A program made the translations under genes and the position numbers. From NCBI RefSeq assembly GCF_000143415.4, contig NW_003314313.1:533228-597227 (forward strand): DNA of 64,000 nucleotides, read 5' to 3'. Numbering within the stretch: the first letter of the stretch is position 1; each line of letters starts with the position of its first letter. The DNA comes from Selaginella moellendorffii. Taxonomy: Eukaryota; Plantae; Lycopodiophyta. The notes beneath the pieces are model-generated. The model did no database searches. It saw only the letters and a program-made list of their open reading frames with translations, and was not told the origin of the DNA. Of this stretch, positions 63,890 to 64,000 are shown piece by piece.

Positions 63890-64000
63890 GAGGCTAATAA
63901 TTCAATACTTAAGTTTCTAAATTAGCTTGGACTTTATATTTACAAAAATACTTATAAAGAAGTTAAATACCTTTACATTTAAGGGTAAGTTATCGTATCT

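Larger units (their letters stand above)
56690..64000 (+). repeat. AT-rich tandem duplication: unit 1 from ~56690, unit 2 ~58560-59424 resuming at ~63890
   Basis: GATTAGCCTTTTTATTAAAAT...GGAAGCTTCTGTTTAGAAATAT at 56854 and 58611; 63890-63988 matches 57712-57845. Confidence 0.85.

Noticed and set aside
63598-63920. YI/CM-rich ORFs
   Set aside because: Translations of the TA microsatellite

Overview
Plant nuclear DNA, most likely a lycophyte such as Selaginella. This is inferred from the ~50-60 bp introns, very short intergenic gaps, single-exon PLS-type PPR gene and tau GST. Two gene-dense blocks flank a nested transposon island (~8-41 kb). The left block holds a ZF-HD homeobox gene, a 2OG-Fe(II) dioxygenase, a divergent RPS15a, a kinase relic and an orphan membrane-protein ORF. 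The right block holds alpha-COP, a plastid sigma factor, a PPR gene, a C2H2 protein, an alpha/beta-hydrolase-like gene and GSTU. It is followed by an AT-rich duplication interrupted by a 3'-truncated Gypsy element. The highlight is a 12,360-bp DNA transposon (9789-22148) with perfect 24-bp TIRs and a CTAT target-site duplication. It encodes an intact 1022-aa Sola-like DDD transposase and, divergently, a large multi-exon cargo gene. The cargo is predicted to fuse a ParB/Srx-like domain, a degenerate beta-class N4C/N6A DNA-methyltransferase-like fold, an acidic linker and an FCP1-like HAD phosphatase. About 20 copies of a 22-bp palindrome (ATGGCRTG-N6-CAYGCCAT) are scattered through the element, including single copies in four short introns of the cargo gene. 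This suggests a ParB/parS-like or anti-silencing self-recognition system carried by a eukaryotic transposon. All domain calls were made by eye and need HMM or structure confirmation.
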